Below are positions 1 to 10,058 of a DNA stretch of 64,000 nt, piece by piece. The translations under genes were made by a program, and so were the position numbers. The notes under the pieces were generated by a model. It saw only the letters and a list, made by a program, of their open reading frames with translations. It ran no database searches and was not told where the DNA came from. The DNA comes from a virus (lineage: Duplodnaviria; Caudoviricetes), in IMG/VR virus record IMGVR_UViG_3300032007_000028. One strand, given 5' to 3'. Positions within the stretch are counted from its first letter, which is position 1. Each line of letters begins with the position of its first letter.

Positions 1-2255
1 TAGATGCTTTCGCGAACTACCGCGACGTCTTTGCCGTCTTCACCGTCTTTGACTTCGAACCAATATCTGTTGCCTTTGTATCTGACGTAACCACGTTGAT
101 TTACACCTGAAGTAGACGCGAGGAATCTGAATCCACGAGGAAGTTTCTCGTCGTCAGCAAACGGCTTTATCTGACCGTCTTGAGTCAGTCTCGGCTTGAG
201 TATCGCCTTTATTTCGTTCTCTTCGGATTCGTTGATGCAACGGTCTTCGCCCAACTGAAGAGGACCGTCGCTCATGTGACGTTCTTCCTTCAAAGATTCT
301 TGAAGTAATTCGTCCCAATGAGAAATGATATAATTATACTCGTCATCACTAATCACTTTTTCTGAATTCAAACTTCTTAATTGATTTACTGCGAACTCAA
401 CGTCGCTTGTTTCGTCAACCTCTTCCCAATCAATTTGATTATTCAAAATGTCTTTGCATCTAACGACATCAATCTTATCTTCCTTCAAAGATTCGTCGAG
501 ACTGTCGCATTCTGCGCCCAACAGTTTCTTTAAACCTTTGTAGATGGTGAATGTATCCACGTATCTTGCGGGCATTCCATATAAGTCGTAGCTTGTCCAA
601 CTCTCAGCCTCTTTTTTGGCGGAATCCAAAATTTCCTGACGCTGTTCTTCTGACAATCTCTCCGGGTCGCCATACTCTTCGTCATCTTTCCAAACGATAT
701 TTGCGAACTTGTCTTCTATTAACTTGTACGTATCTTTGAACTGAACGCCTAAGCCTAACGGGTCTTCATCTCCGTAAATCCACCAGAATAAGTCTTCGAA
801 AGACAATTCTCTGGCTTCGACTAGAGACCGATTCTCTTCCTTCAAAGATTCTTTTATCCTGCATTTGCGCTTGTGGTCTTTGCCCTTCTTCTCGTCGTCT
901 TTCTTAAGAGACTCACACGTTTCCTTGGAAATGAATGCAACCTCGCTCTTGTGCAACGAATGACCTCTACCAGATGCGATGTCGCTTCTGTTTTTGGAAA
1001 CCCACAGATACGACCTATCCATTTCGTCTACGTCAGTGATGAAGTATTCTTCGCCGTCTTTGGTGATGACCTTCTTACCAACTTCGATGCGCTGATACGG
1101 ATTGTCGAGATTGCCTTTGAACTTCTCGTAGCCAGCGGGAGGTTCGTCCAAGCCCTCTTTGATTTTCCCTTCTTCGTCTTCGCATGCACCGAAAACGTCG
1201 AGACTGATGTCGTCCCATTCACGACCGTTGATGAGATAACTGTTCTTCGCTTTTTCGTAAGCGTCTTCCATCTCTTCCTTCGTATCGTAAGTAAGTATGT
1301 CGAAGTCGCCGTTTTCGACGTATCTGACGGCTATTGCATATGTCTTCTTTTCTTCCTGAGGTTTTTCTTCTTTGGCTTCGACTATCTTATAGCCAGTTTC
1401 GCCATTTGATGCGGGACCCCATGCTACCGCCATCTCTGTGAGACCGTGTTTCTTCTTCAGTTCCTCGAAGCATTGGGCGAGTTCTTCTTTGTCCTCGTCG
1501 TTGAGATATTCCTCGTTTCCGTGAAAATCTATGAAGATTTGCGCACCTTCGTAATAGCCTGGCTTGATTTCGAACTCGATGTCTTTCAAAATCTCACCAC
1601 GTAAAGAAGTGTCTTCGTCTTCGCTATAGTAAAGTTTTGAGCCTTTGTCGTTGATTCTCTTCGTCATGTCGTAGAGGTCGTCTTCGAGTTCTTCGACTTC
1701 CCATTCGTCCAACGTACATACGCCGTTCGAATATTCGTCGAAGTGCTCGTTCATGAACGCCTCAAGATATTCGTCCCAATCGCCATCTTCGTCTTCGTCG
1801 TATTCGAATTTGGCCGCATCTTTTGCGGCATCGTATACGTTTTCGTAATCCATGAACACAAGCAAGGGAAGAAAATCGGCACCACCGTCGCCGTAGAAGT
1901 TAGACGTACCTTCGTTGAGCTGTTTGGCTTCCACCAGTTCGTCCTTTTTCTCCTCTTCGACGCTTTCGCACGCACAGCGAACTTTGTCGACGACCCAATC
2001 GATTGCGTTGGAGTCGTTCAGGTCTCCATCTGAGAATTCGGAGAACAAATCATAGCCACAAAGAGCTTCGTTGATTGTCTCGAATTGCGGGAATTCCGAT
2101 AAAACGGCCTTCGAATATCCGTGAACGTAGGGATTGAGAACGTCGTAGTTCTCCATAATCCCAAGACCATCCAGCTCGAAACCTTCGTCAATCAACGATT
2201 TACGAGTGTGTTCGAGTTTGGATTTCAATCTTTCGAATCTGTCGATTTCTTTCAT
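1..2255 (-). CDS. Large acidic multidomain protein (>750 aa, runs off the left edge), probable head-packaged polyprotein
   Basis: ATG at 2255 with AAGGAG SD; MKEIDRFERLKSKLEH...; absent from the ORF track, consistent with the frame staying open to the window edge; recurring ESLKE linkers. Confidence 0.8.
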   Translation of the reverse strand, partial: MKEIDRFERLKSKLEHTRKSLIDEGFELDGLGIMENYDVLNPYVHGYSKAVLSEFPQFETINEALCGYDLFSEFSDGDLNDSNAIDWVVDKVRCACESVEEEKKDELVEAKQLNEGTSNFYGDGGADFLPLLVFMDYENVYDAAKDAAKFEYDEDEDGDWDEYLEAFMNEHFDEYSNGVCTLDEWEVEELEDDLYDMTKRINDKGSKLYYSEDEDTSLRGEILKDIEFEIKPGYYEGAQIFIDFHGNEEYLNDEDKEELAQCFEELKKKHGLTEMAVAWGPASNGETGYKIVEAKEEKPQEEKKTYAIAVRYVENGDFDILTYDTKEEMEDAYEKAKNSYLINGREWDDISLDVFGACEDEEGKIKEGLDEPPAGYEKFKGNLDNPYQRIEVGKKVITKDGEEYFITDVDEMDRSYLWVSKNRSDIASGRGHSLHKSEVAFISKETCESLKKDDEKKGKDHKRKCRIKESLKEENRSLVEARELSFEDLFWWIYGDEDPLGLGVQFKDTYKLIEDKFANIVWKDDEEYGDPERLSEEQRQEILDSAKKEAESWTSYDLYGMPARYVDTFTIYKGLKKLLGAECDSLDESLKEDKIDVVRCKDILNNQIDWEEVDETSDVEFAVNQLRSLNSEKVISDDEYNYIISHWDELLQESLKEERHMSDGPLQLGEDRCINESEENEIKAILKPRLTQDGQIKPFADDEKLPRGFRFLASTSGVNQRGYVRYKGNRYWFEVKDGEDGKDVAVVRESI

Positions 2256-2295
2256 AAGAATCTCCTTGTTGTGTCTTTTATATTGTTTTATTTCC

Positions 2296-3006
2296 TTAGT
2301 CGACTGGATAGAACAGAGAATGATTCGTTCTCAATATCTCGCGAAGTTCGGATAGTTCCCTGTCGCCTTCCTGAAGCATCGTCTCACCGTCTTGTTGCCA
2401 CAGGGCGTTGCTTTGAGTGAATCTCGTTCTGATTCTGCCCAACGTCTTCTTGACCATCGCAATCGACAATCTCTGAAGAACGTCTATCCAGTATGGGCTT
2501 TTGATTTCGCTCACGTCTTCGAACAACGGTATGTATTCGATTACGATTTTCGTCGGATAGTTGCCAGATACGTTTATGTACAGTTTCTGACCTTGCTTAT
2601 CTTCCTTAAACGCCAAGTCCGTGCTGACAGAATTACGTATCTGCAACACTGTATTATACGATGCATAGTTCAAAGCGAACTGATTTATGTTATACGTAAC
2701 GTTGTTCATGCCGTACAAAGCCCACGTCTGTGCGTACATCGGGTCTATCGTGCTACCGCTTCCAGACGCGCCACCGCCAATAGGCTCGGTTCTATACACG
2801 CTCTTTATGCTTGAACACTTGAAACCTGTCAGGTCGATGCAACTAGAAAAAGGAACCTCGATGTATCTCGACTCGTCTATGTATCGCTGAATCTCCTTCA
2901 ACGACTTCATAACGACCTTCGAAATAATCTCATCGCTGATTTCCAATTCGAGAACTCCACCAGTGAGTTCCAACTTTATCTCAGAAACGTATTCGCTTAA
3001 TTCCAT
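2296..3006 (-). CDS. Neck / head-tail connector protein, T4 gp13-like
   Basis: MELSEY start downstream of late motif at 3038; C-terminus WIDVLQRLSIAMVKKTLGRIRTRF...DGETMLQEGDRELSEL resembles gp13-type neck proteins. Confidence 0.7.
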   Translation of the reverse strand: MELSEYVSEIKLELTGGVLELEISDEIISKVVMKSLKEIQRYIDESRYIEVPFSSCIDLTGFKCSSIKSVYRTEPIGGGASGSGSTIDPMYAQTWALYGMNNVTYNINQFALNYASYNTVLQIRNSVSTDLAFKEDKQGQKLYINVSGNYPTKIVIEYIPLFEDVSEIKSPYWIDVLQRLSIAMVKKTLGRIRTRFTQSNALWQQDGETMLQEGDRELSELREILRTNHSLFYPVD

Positions 3007-3037
3007 GAAAAACAGTTCGACAACAATTATGTCATCA

Positions 3038-3046
3038 AATTTAGCA
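3038..3046 (-). promoter_or_regulatory. Putative late promoter TGCTAAATT
   Basis: One of about 15 same-strand copies upstream of structural genes. Confidence 0.65.
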
Positions 3047-3052
3047 ATTATC

Positions 3053-3081
3053 GAAAAAGAAAAGCACCTTACGGCGCTCCC
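3053..3081 (-). terminator. Rho-independent terminator ending the ncRNA transcript
   Basis: minus strand GGGAGCGCC-GTAA-GGTGCTTTT followed by a T run. Confidence 0.6.
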
Positions 3082-3845
3082 TTCGGCTTTTTGCAGAAAC
3101 CTAACTGACATCCTTTGCGAATTTCACGACTGTGGGTAGAAACTCGTTAAATCCCCTTGCACTCTTTCACCTGCATGGCGATAGGATTACCTTCACGCGT
3201 CAATCCTATAAAGAGGTCTGGTCTATCTGGCAGAACGATGCTGTCTTGCCGTGCGTGAGACTGCCCGCACGTCGCGATTTGAGTTCTCGCGACAAGAACA
3301 CTCGCAGAGGTTTAACGTCTTCGTGCCGACGTGTGCATCATGCCAGCCGAAGCGGGCGGTGGATGCACTGCTAAGCAGAGGGTTTTACCTCTGTAAGAAC
3401 AACGATGCGCTATTCAATGCCGATTCCCATTCACGCATCAACAACCCACCATAATTATGCAGTCTGTCTGCTTTTCAATCGGAAGGTTCTTCACTGACCC
3501 TGCGACTAGGGCAATCGCTATTCAGATTCGAGACAGCCACGTCTCTTGGGTGAGGGAACATTAAGGGTGTTTTGCATACGCACAACAGTTATAAGTGCGT
3601 CGCTAACTCCTGCCCACGCTGTACTGAAAGACTCTTTTTCTGGTGCCTTGCTGCCATACCTGGTTTGCTCGTGGTCGTGGGTATCCAGTTCCCATGATTC
3701 CCGCTCATCGTACAGCCACGTATACGATGAACATCAGGCTAAGACGACGACGTATCTGTCGACGAATACTCGGTTTAGCGACATGGGCAGGTCGTGTGAC
3801 ATCAAGCTTTCGCAAGATGCAGGGAGCACACTCGTTTTATCAATT
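3065..3845 (-). ncRNA. Large (~780 nt) highly structured ncRNA, GOLLD/ROOL-class candidate
   Basis: No credible ORF; more than 10 hairpins (e.g. ataggatt/aatcctat 3181-3209, gtcgcga/tcgcgac 3271-3293, cagagg/cctctg 3376-3393, tcatcgta/tacgatga about 3705-3730) plus long-range tgccca/tgggca pairing; ends in a terminator. Confidence 0.65.
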
Positions 3846-3847
3846 GA

Positions 3848-4189
3848 TTAAAACCAACTGAGGAATAGAGGTTCGAACCCATCACCGAATTCGATTTTAG
3901 GTTCACTCCCGTTCTCGCTGACGTAAGTCATGTGATATCCACCATAGTCTTTGGCGAATTCGTCACGTAACTCAACCCAGCTATCATAAGCCTCACGCAA
4001 CTTAGTCGCGTATTCGGCTTTGACGTCTTCGTATGCCTTGTAAGCTTTCGCAACTTCTTCGGCACGCTGTTTCTTCTCAGCCTTCTTCTTTTGTTCTGCG
4101 GATTCTAATTCCGCCAACTTCTTTTCGTCGGCTTCGAGTTCTTTGACAGTTTTGTAAGACTTGCCGGTCTTTTCACTCAAATACAACAT
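3848..4189 (-). CDS. Hypothetical coiled-coil phage protein
   Basis: 113 aa ORF, strong AGGAGG SD, structured leader and TATAAT upstream (about 4296-4305). Confidence 0.75.
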   Translation of the reverse strand: MLYLSEKTGKSYKTVKELEADEKKLAELESAEQKKKAEKKQRAEEVAKAYKAYEDVKAEYATKLREAYDSWVELRDEFAKDYGGYHMTYVSENGSEPKIEFGDGFEPLFLSWF

Positions 4190-4400
4190 AGTAACCCTCC
4201 TTTTGGTTTTTCAGAGACGTCGGTCGACGGCTCCCTACCCAATCGGCAGGCGTCTTTGTTGTTCAGAGTCACGATACGTCTTTCGCATCGTGTCATTATA
4301 TTATACAATCACATCAGGTGACTATACAATCTAATTTTTGAGAACGAGTCTTTTATCACTCGCTCATTACTTTAGCACGAGTAATTTTCAATTTTTGAAA

Positions 4401-5036
4401 CTACTCTTCTTCCTCTACTTCGACTTCTTCCTCTTCGCCGGATTCATCGCTATGATAGTTCTCACGAAGGTCTTCGACAATCACATAGACATCGTTGTAG
4501 AATTCTTCAACTGCTTCATCCCAATTGGCATCTTGAGGAGACTGATACTGCTTCATGATTTCCCACAGGTCTTCGGTGTAGATGAGTGAGTCGTCGATAG
4601 CTTGAATGATAGCGTCATGAAGTTCGTCTTCGTCTTCGACATAGATGTCTTCGATTCTATCGATGACGTTTTCGATGATGTCGACGAGTTCGAACGAGGC
4701 GCTGTAATCGAAATGTTTGCCGATTGCGGAACGGATTTCGCTTGCGCTGAGTTCTTCTTTGAGTTGTTCTTTCATGTTATTTACCTCTTGAGTATATTCT
4801 ATCATGCTCCTGGCTTCAGTCAAGTACTTTTTCGCAGATTCAAGATTTTCGAAGAATCTTTCCGATTTGCCTGTACCTTTGTCGCAGTCATAGCCGTCGA
4901 GAACGGATACACCAGCCTCAGCATCTTCGCAGATAACGGATTTGATGTTGTCGTTGTTATCACCATAATATTCGACAATGCGCTTCTTATCCGCGGTTTC
5001 GAACAGATGTCTTTGTTTTGAAGTTTCAATAATCAT
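4401..5036 (-). CDS. Acidic hypothetical (late) protein
   Basis: 211 aa, GAGG SD, late motif at 5057. Confidence 0.75.
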   Translation of the reverse strand: MIIETSKQRHLFETADKKRIVEYYGDNNDNIKSVICEDAEAGVSVLDGYDCDKGTGKSERFFENLESAKKYLTEARSMIEYTQEVNNMKEQLKEELSASEIRSAIGKHFDYSASFELVDIIENVIDRIEDIYVEDEDELHDAIIQAIDDSLIYTEDLWEIMKQYQSPQDANWDEAVEEFYNDVYVIVEDLRENYHSDESGEEEEVEVEEEE

Positions 5037-5054
5037 ATTTCGAGATACCTCTTT

Positions 5055-6797
5055 TTAATTTAGCGTGGGGTTTCCTTCTATTGTGAGAAAATCGTCGATT
5101 GGCATATGCGACAGTTTTTCATTGCCGACACTGCAGTATTCTTGCTTTTTGCCAACTATAGGCCCATCTTTGACGACTGTCACATAGTCGATTGACGGAG
5201 CGTTTTCGGCAACCGTTTTCCAAATTGAATCGAACCAATTAACTTTGCTGTCGACGGGTATTCTGAAGTATATCTCGCCATTGTCGCCACCGTACGCATA
5301 TTTTATATTAGACGTACGCACGCGACAGAACTCTTCGTTCGTCTTTCTAGAAAGTTCTTCGAACAGGGACTTCGCTTCTTCGTTGGTCTTGTCTTCTAGG
5401 CTTTCGAATTTGCTTACGAGAGAAGCGATATCTTCCCTTTTCGTATTCTCTCTGAACCATTCGAGAAAGCCAGAATGTCTGTTCAACAACTCATTCAGAT
5501 TCTTCTCATAAGACGCTTCTTTGAACATCTCTATATAAGGATGGACGGAACCACATTCCAGAAGCTTGCCATCGTTGCGCAACATATATGGGGTATTCGA
5601 TTTCAACATAGGTTCTTTCTTATTCTCGGTCAACGACTTGAATCTCTCGTCCTCGTCATTGCCGTACAGACCGAACGAGAATGCGACGCCATTGGGCAAC
5701 AAAGTGTATCCATCGCACGACTTCGCCAACGCATCGAATATAACGTTCGATGTGGTATATGTTTCGGAATATCTGTCGTCTTTTTCGTCTTTCTTATCGT
5801 GACTCGTAGTCTTCAGCTTTTTGCCCTTTGAGAACGAGAACGTGATGAAACTGTCCTGCGCAAGGGCGTTGGCAAGTTCCTCTGACGTCGTTTCATTCGG
5901 TCTTTCGATGATATACGTATCTGGATTTGCATCGCCAAGATAATAACCGGATACGCGAAGGCCATTGTTCTCCACATACGACACAGCGTTGTCATACGCG
6001 TCTTTGTTGTCGTCTCTTTTCTTTTCGTTGTGCTCGTCGACGTTCGTGGCAAGAATGACGTACTCTTCGCCAAATTTGACGTCTATGTGTTTGGACAATT
6101 CGTAGAAAAAACGTTTTGCGTTGTCGATGACCATCTGCTCTGAAAGACGCTCCAACGAAAGCTGACGAGACTTCAGCTTCTTCGATAAATCCTTCAATTC
6201 GTCCAAATAACCGAGATTGCGCATCTCCTTGAACACGAGATTGCCGATGCCGAATTCTCCGTCTTTGGCGATTGATTCCTTACGCAAATCGTATAGGTCT
6301 TCGATGAAGTCGTAAATCTCTTCGTAAAGGTCATCTTCTTGCGTCGACTGCTTCGATTCATATAAAGACAACGGTATATTTCGTTCTTTGACGAAGTCGA
6401 TGATTTTTTTCTTCATATCGTCTGGGATGACACCCAATGACTTAAACTCGGAATTGTGTATGATGTCGTAAGCGGACCAATTCTTGCTTTCGTTTTTCTT
6501 AAGTCTGCGGTCTGAAATGAAGAAACCAGTAGGCTTTGCGAGATTCGTGCCTTTCAACTCTCCCAAAGAAAACGACAAAAAATCATCTATGTCTTTATAC
6601 TTTTCGACTTGGGAAGTACCATGAATGAAAATCGGATACACGTCTTTCAGAGAAAAGTCTTTGTCTTCGAAGTCTTCCGCATCATACGCGGGGTCGAGTA
6701 TGATTACTGGACGACGCTTCGCAGGCGGGTCGTATTTATGGTCGTTCGGTACCTTGCAAATCAATAATTCGAAGGGCTTTAATACATAGTCTTTCAT
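5055..6797 (-). CDS. Multidomain protein: PemK/MazF-like N-terminus + C-terminal half of a nucleotidyltransferase + unknown modules
   Basis: KRRPVIIL...HGTS...LAKPT; then LYDLRKESIAKDGEFGIGNLVFKEMRNLGYLDEL..LSLE; SLYE/LSE/SLTE linkers. Confidence 0.6.
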   Translation of the reverse strand: MKDYVLKPFELLICKVPNDHKYDPPAKRRPVIILDPAYDAEDFEDKDFSLKDVYPIFIHGTSQVEKYKDIDDFLSFSLGELKGTNLAKPTGFFISDRRLKKNESKNWSAYDIIHNSEFKSLGVIPDDMKKKIIDFVKERNIPLSLYESKQSTQEDDLYEEIYDFIEDLYDLRKESIAKDGEFGIGNLVFKEMRNLGYLDELKDLSKKLKSRQLSLERLSEQMVIDNAKRFFYELSKHIDVKFGEEYVILATNVDEHNEKKRDDNKDAYDNAVSYVENNGLRVSGYYLGDANPDTYIIERPNETTSEELANALAQDSFITFSFSKGKKLKTTSHDKKDEKDDRYSETYTTSNVIFDALAKSCDGYTLLPNGVAFSFGLYGNDEDERFKSLTENKKEPMLKSNTPYMLRNDGKLLECGSVHPYIEMFKEASYEKNLNELLNRHSGFLEWFRENTKREDIASLVSKFESLEDKTNEEAKSLFEELSRKTNEEFCRVRTSNIKYAYGGDNGEIYFRIPVDSKVNWFDSIWKTVAENAPSIDYVTVVKDGPIVGKKQEYCSVGNEKLSHMPIDDFLTIEGNPTLN

Positions 6798-6814
6798 CTG
6801 TTCACCCCACTTAG

Positions 6815-7054
6815 TTACCAGTCGGCCTCGTCCTCTACGCTCGCGAACGAATCGTCATCTGGTTCTTCGATTGAATCGTTTCTGCGAAGCGATTCCATAT
6901 ATGCGATGTTCAATTGACGACGATATGACTCTTCGTCAGAATACGACTCTTTGAGCGACTTCAAAGATTCGACGAATTTAATCAACTCGTCGTCGGTCAT
7001 CGATTTAACCTTCTCGACAATCTTCGAATATCTCTTTTCGTTTTTATCAATCAT
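6815..7054 (-). CDS. Small helical protein, putative antitoxin
   Basis: 79 aa, own consensus promoter, directly upstream of a PemK-like domain. Confidence 0.5.
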   Translation of the reverse strand: MIDKNEKRYSKIVEKVKSMTDDELIKFVESLKSLKESYSDEESYRRQLNIAYMESLRRNDSIEEPDDDSFASVEDEADW

Positions 7055-7078
7055 AACGTCACCTCTACTCTAGCATAA

Positions 7079-7107
7079 ATTATATAAGCACGTTTCTTGC
7101 GTGTCAA
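7079..7107 (-). promoter_or_regulatory. Sigma70/SigA consensus promoter
   Basis: TTGACA-17 nt-TATAAT; the -35 box contains the TGA stop of the upstream ORF. Confidence 0.8.
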
Positions 7108-10058
7108 GCGACTTCGATGATTTTTGGCGTATAGTCGTCAATCCACCCGTCTTGGACATAGTGATGTTGATATTTGCCCAAGGCCTTACCTAACGGGCTT
7201 GACTTATATTTGTCGTCGCTTCTCGTCGTCACCACACCGAAGTCATAGACATACTTACCTTCGTAACCGTCTTCGTTGATGTCTGAACCGTAAGTATCTG
7301 CTACTTTATCGAGAGGTGCATAGATATAGTATATCACGTGTCCACCGTAGTCGTCAAGATAACTGTCCAATTCCCATTTACCTCTGAGCACACCGCTTTG
7401 CGCGAGCTGTGCATAGTAACCACGCTCCCAGGCCGCATCGACCATCTCACGATGAATCAACTCATCTGCATCACACACGAAGAATCTCTTCAGTTTTCTG
7501 TCATACAATATACGTAAAGCTTTTTCTGATGAGCGTAGCATATTCGCCACTTCGTAAGGACTTTCCGTCGTGAATATCTCTTTATCATCATCCACGTACT
7601 CTTCTTTCAAAGACTCATGGGCGTCTCTGACATACTTTATACCGTTTTTCTCACAATACTGTATGGCATATTCGTTGTTTGTGTGCACAGTAAGTCTTAC
7701 GCAACCAGCGAAAGCACGCATGCCAATCGAAGTTACACTATTTGGAATTGTAATAGATGTTAAGGAGTCGCAACGAGAGAAAGCATCATCACCGATTGAA
7801 GTTACACTATTAGGTATCGTAATCGACGTTAAGGATTTGCAACCAGCGAAAGCACCTATGCCAATTTCCGTTACACTATCAGAAATCGTTATGGAAGTTA
7901 AGGATTCACAGTCATAAAAAGCGGCCCCGCCAATTTCCGTTACACTTTTTGGAATTGTTATTGACGTTAAGGAGGCACACCCAAAAAAAGCACTTTCGCC
8001 AATTCTCGTTATGCCACTAGGTATCATAATTGACTTTAAGGATGTGCAACCAGCGAAAACGGCTCTGCCAATTTCCGTTACACTGTCTGATACTGTAATT
8101 GACTCTAAAGACCTACAGGCAAAGAAAGCATCTTCGCCAATCGAAGTGACACTATTTGGAATCGTGATTGACTTTAAGGCCCCGCAGTCACGAAAAGCAT
8201 TTTTGCCAATTCTCGTTATGTCGTCTGGTATTGCTACTGACTTTAAGTAGGCACACCCAAAAAAAGCAAGGTCGCCGATTTTCGTGACACTGTTAGGAAT
8301 CGTTACCGACTTTAATGATGTTGATGCTTTGACAATCTCGGTACCATCGTCGCTTAAAGCAAGTCCATTTACGACTTTGGGTCTTTTTATAACCAACTTT
8401 GCATTAATTAAGTCAATCGGCAACGAGTTGAGTTCAGAATAATCTCGATAGTCTTTTTGATTGAACAACTCGAAATTTGTCTCTTTCAAGTATTCATTAT
8501 CGTTCAAGAATTCATTGACATTAATCGTTCTTGGATATAACGCCAAGGCGTATTCTCCGTAAAACGTAGACGGGTCTAGAAAGTAGAAGAATCTCACCCC
8601 CTTTTTCGTATAATTGTTCCAGTGCTTCTTAGCATCTTTCGCGCTTGGATTATATTCAGGATGCCCTGCATGACCATATCTTCCAGTAGTGCACCAACCC
8701 GTGTTTATACCCAAATCCATCGAGGCTACGTAATCCAAAGGCTCGTATACTAAGTATCCATTCTTTTCGCCCAAAAAGTTATATTTGCCACGAACCTCGC
8801 GGGTCTTGCCCGACATCACGCGTTTTTTCTGAGCGTCTTTTTTGTCATCGTATAACGACAACAGCAAATCGTCCAATTGCTTTTTGTCGTACTTTAAGTA
8901 TTGACCATAATCGACGGAAAGACCTTTGTTGAGCAGACGTTGTTTGGCCTTCTCGAAGTTTTTCGCAGTATCTTCGCCGAACTTGGCGATGAAATCCGTC
9001 TTCGCAGATTCGTCCAATGCGCTTTCCCTAATCAAAGACTCGTCCAAAGGGTGCTCTGTCGACGCAAGAGCGTACTCTATTCTGTCGCGAAGTTCGAAGT
9101 ACTTGTCTTCCCATTTTGAAAGTTCGTCGTCCAACTTCTCTCTGTCTATGTCTGGGATATCCGTCTGAACGGGCTTCTTAACCCAACCGTTTTCGATTGA
9201 ATAGATGCCATTGCTTACGCCTTGGGGCTCGTCCATTTCCACGTAAATCTCCGCAGGAATGCCTTTTATCTTTATTTCGTAGTTCTTGTTGAAGATAGAA
9301 CGATACGCGGAATAAAGCAGAGGATACAACTCGTCTGGACACTCTAGACCTTCGCTGTCCGCTATTAAGTGAATGTCCAAGTCGCTGTCTTTCGTATAGT
9401 TGTAGTTGACGTTTGAGCCGATGAGAACGATGTCCTTGAGATTGAACTTGATTCCGTCCGCCTTCAACTCATCGACGAACGCATTTGCGATTTCAACAAC
9501 TTTGTCTTTTACGTCTTGTCTCAATTCGTCGCCGTCGAATAACTTCTGATTCAGTTCGTCATGCTTCTCGATGTCCTCTTCGATATCGACGGCCAAAGCG
9601 TCGTGCAGTTTTGTGAAGTTGCCGACTCTGTTATTCAATTCCTTCTTTATATACGCCTTGTCCTCTTTCGAGATATCCGCAACGTATTCACCGTAATCGA
9701 TGAAATCCTGTATCGACAAATCGTATGTGAATTTACCTTCCGCTTTGCCGAATCTAAAAATGGTGGGCTTCTTCAATTTATATCTCTTTAGTTGTTCGGC
9801 GTCATCGAAGATTACCGTATCAGGCTCGGCTTCATAACGCTTTACGTTCGTCGTGCCTACAGCGAAAAGAGGGAAGAACTGAGTTAAGTCCTCCTCGTCT
9901 TTCTCTTCTTCGTCGACAAACGTCTCCACAAGAATGACCGGTCTGCCGAATTTTGCTTCTTCTGGGTCATTTAGATGCTCGTTTGGGACTTGTATTTTCC
10001 ACATTTGCCATTCCTTGGGGAACGGCTTCTCTTTCAATATGTTCTCTTCGTCAGGCAT
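7104..10058 (-). CDS. Polyvalent-like protein: PemK-like + pol-beta-fold nucleotidyltransferase (N-part) + WCTT domain + BspA-type LRR + unknown
   Basis: GRPVILV; DIVLIGSNVNYNYTKDSDLDIH (GS..DxD); TGWCTT; about 10 x 23-aa IPNSVTSIGxxAFxxCxSL repeats. Confidence 0.75.
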   Translation of the reverse strand: MPDEENILKEKPFPKEWQMWKIQVPNEHLNDPEEAKFGRPVILVETFVDEEEKDEEDLTQFFPLFAVGTTNVKRYEAEPDTVIFDDAEQLKRYKLKKPTIFRFGKAEGKFTYDLSIQDFIDYGEYVADISKEDKAYIKKELNNRVGNFTKLHDALAVDIEEDIEKHDELNQKLFDGDELRQDVKDKVVEIANAFVDELKADGIKFNLKDIVLIGSNVNYNYTKDSDLDIHLIADSEGLECPDELYPLLYSAYRSIFNKNYEIKIKGIPAEIYVEMDEPQGVSNGIYSIENGWVKKPVQTDIPDIDREKLDDELSKWEDKYFELRDRIEYALASTEHPLDESLIRESALDESAKTDFIAKFGEDTAKNFEKAKQRLLNKGLSVDYGQYLKYDKKQLDDLLLSLYDDKKDAQKKRVMSGKTREVRGKYNFLGEKNGYLVYEPLDYVASMDLGINTGWCTTGRYGHAGHPEYNPSAKDAKKHWNNYTKKGVRFFYFLDPSTFYGEYALALYPRTINVNEFLNDNEYLKETNFELFNQKDYRDYSELNSLPIDLINAKLVIKRPKVVNGLALSDDGTEIVKASTSLKSVTIPNSVTKIGDLAFFGCAYLKSVAIPDDITRIGKNAFRDCGALKSITIPNSVTSIGEDAFFACRSLESITVSDSVTEIGRAVFAGCTSLKSIMIPSGITRIGESAFFGCASLTSITIPKSVTEIGGAAFYDCESLTSITISDSVTEIGIGAFAGCKSLTSITIPNSVTSIGDDAFSRCDSLTSITIPNSVTSIGMRAFAGCVRLTVHTNNEYAIQYCEKNGIKYVRDAHESLKEEYVDDDKEIFTTESPYEVANMLRSSEKALRILYDRKLKRFFVCDADELIHREMVDAAWERGYYAQLAQSGVLRGKWELDSYLDDYGGHVIYYIYAPLDKVADTYGSDINEDGYEGKYVYDFGVVTTRSDDKYKSSPLGKALGKYQHHYVQDGWIDDYTPKIIEVA

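Noticed and set aside
3132-3861. Short ORFs over the structured region
   Set aside because: No SD, atypical composition; hairpin density favours ncRNA.
7690-8320. 69-bp periodic repeats
   Set aside because: Ordinary BspA LRR coding repeats with synonymous divergence.
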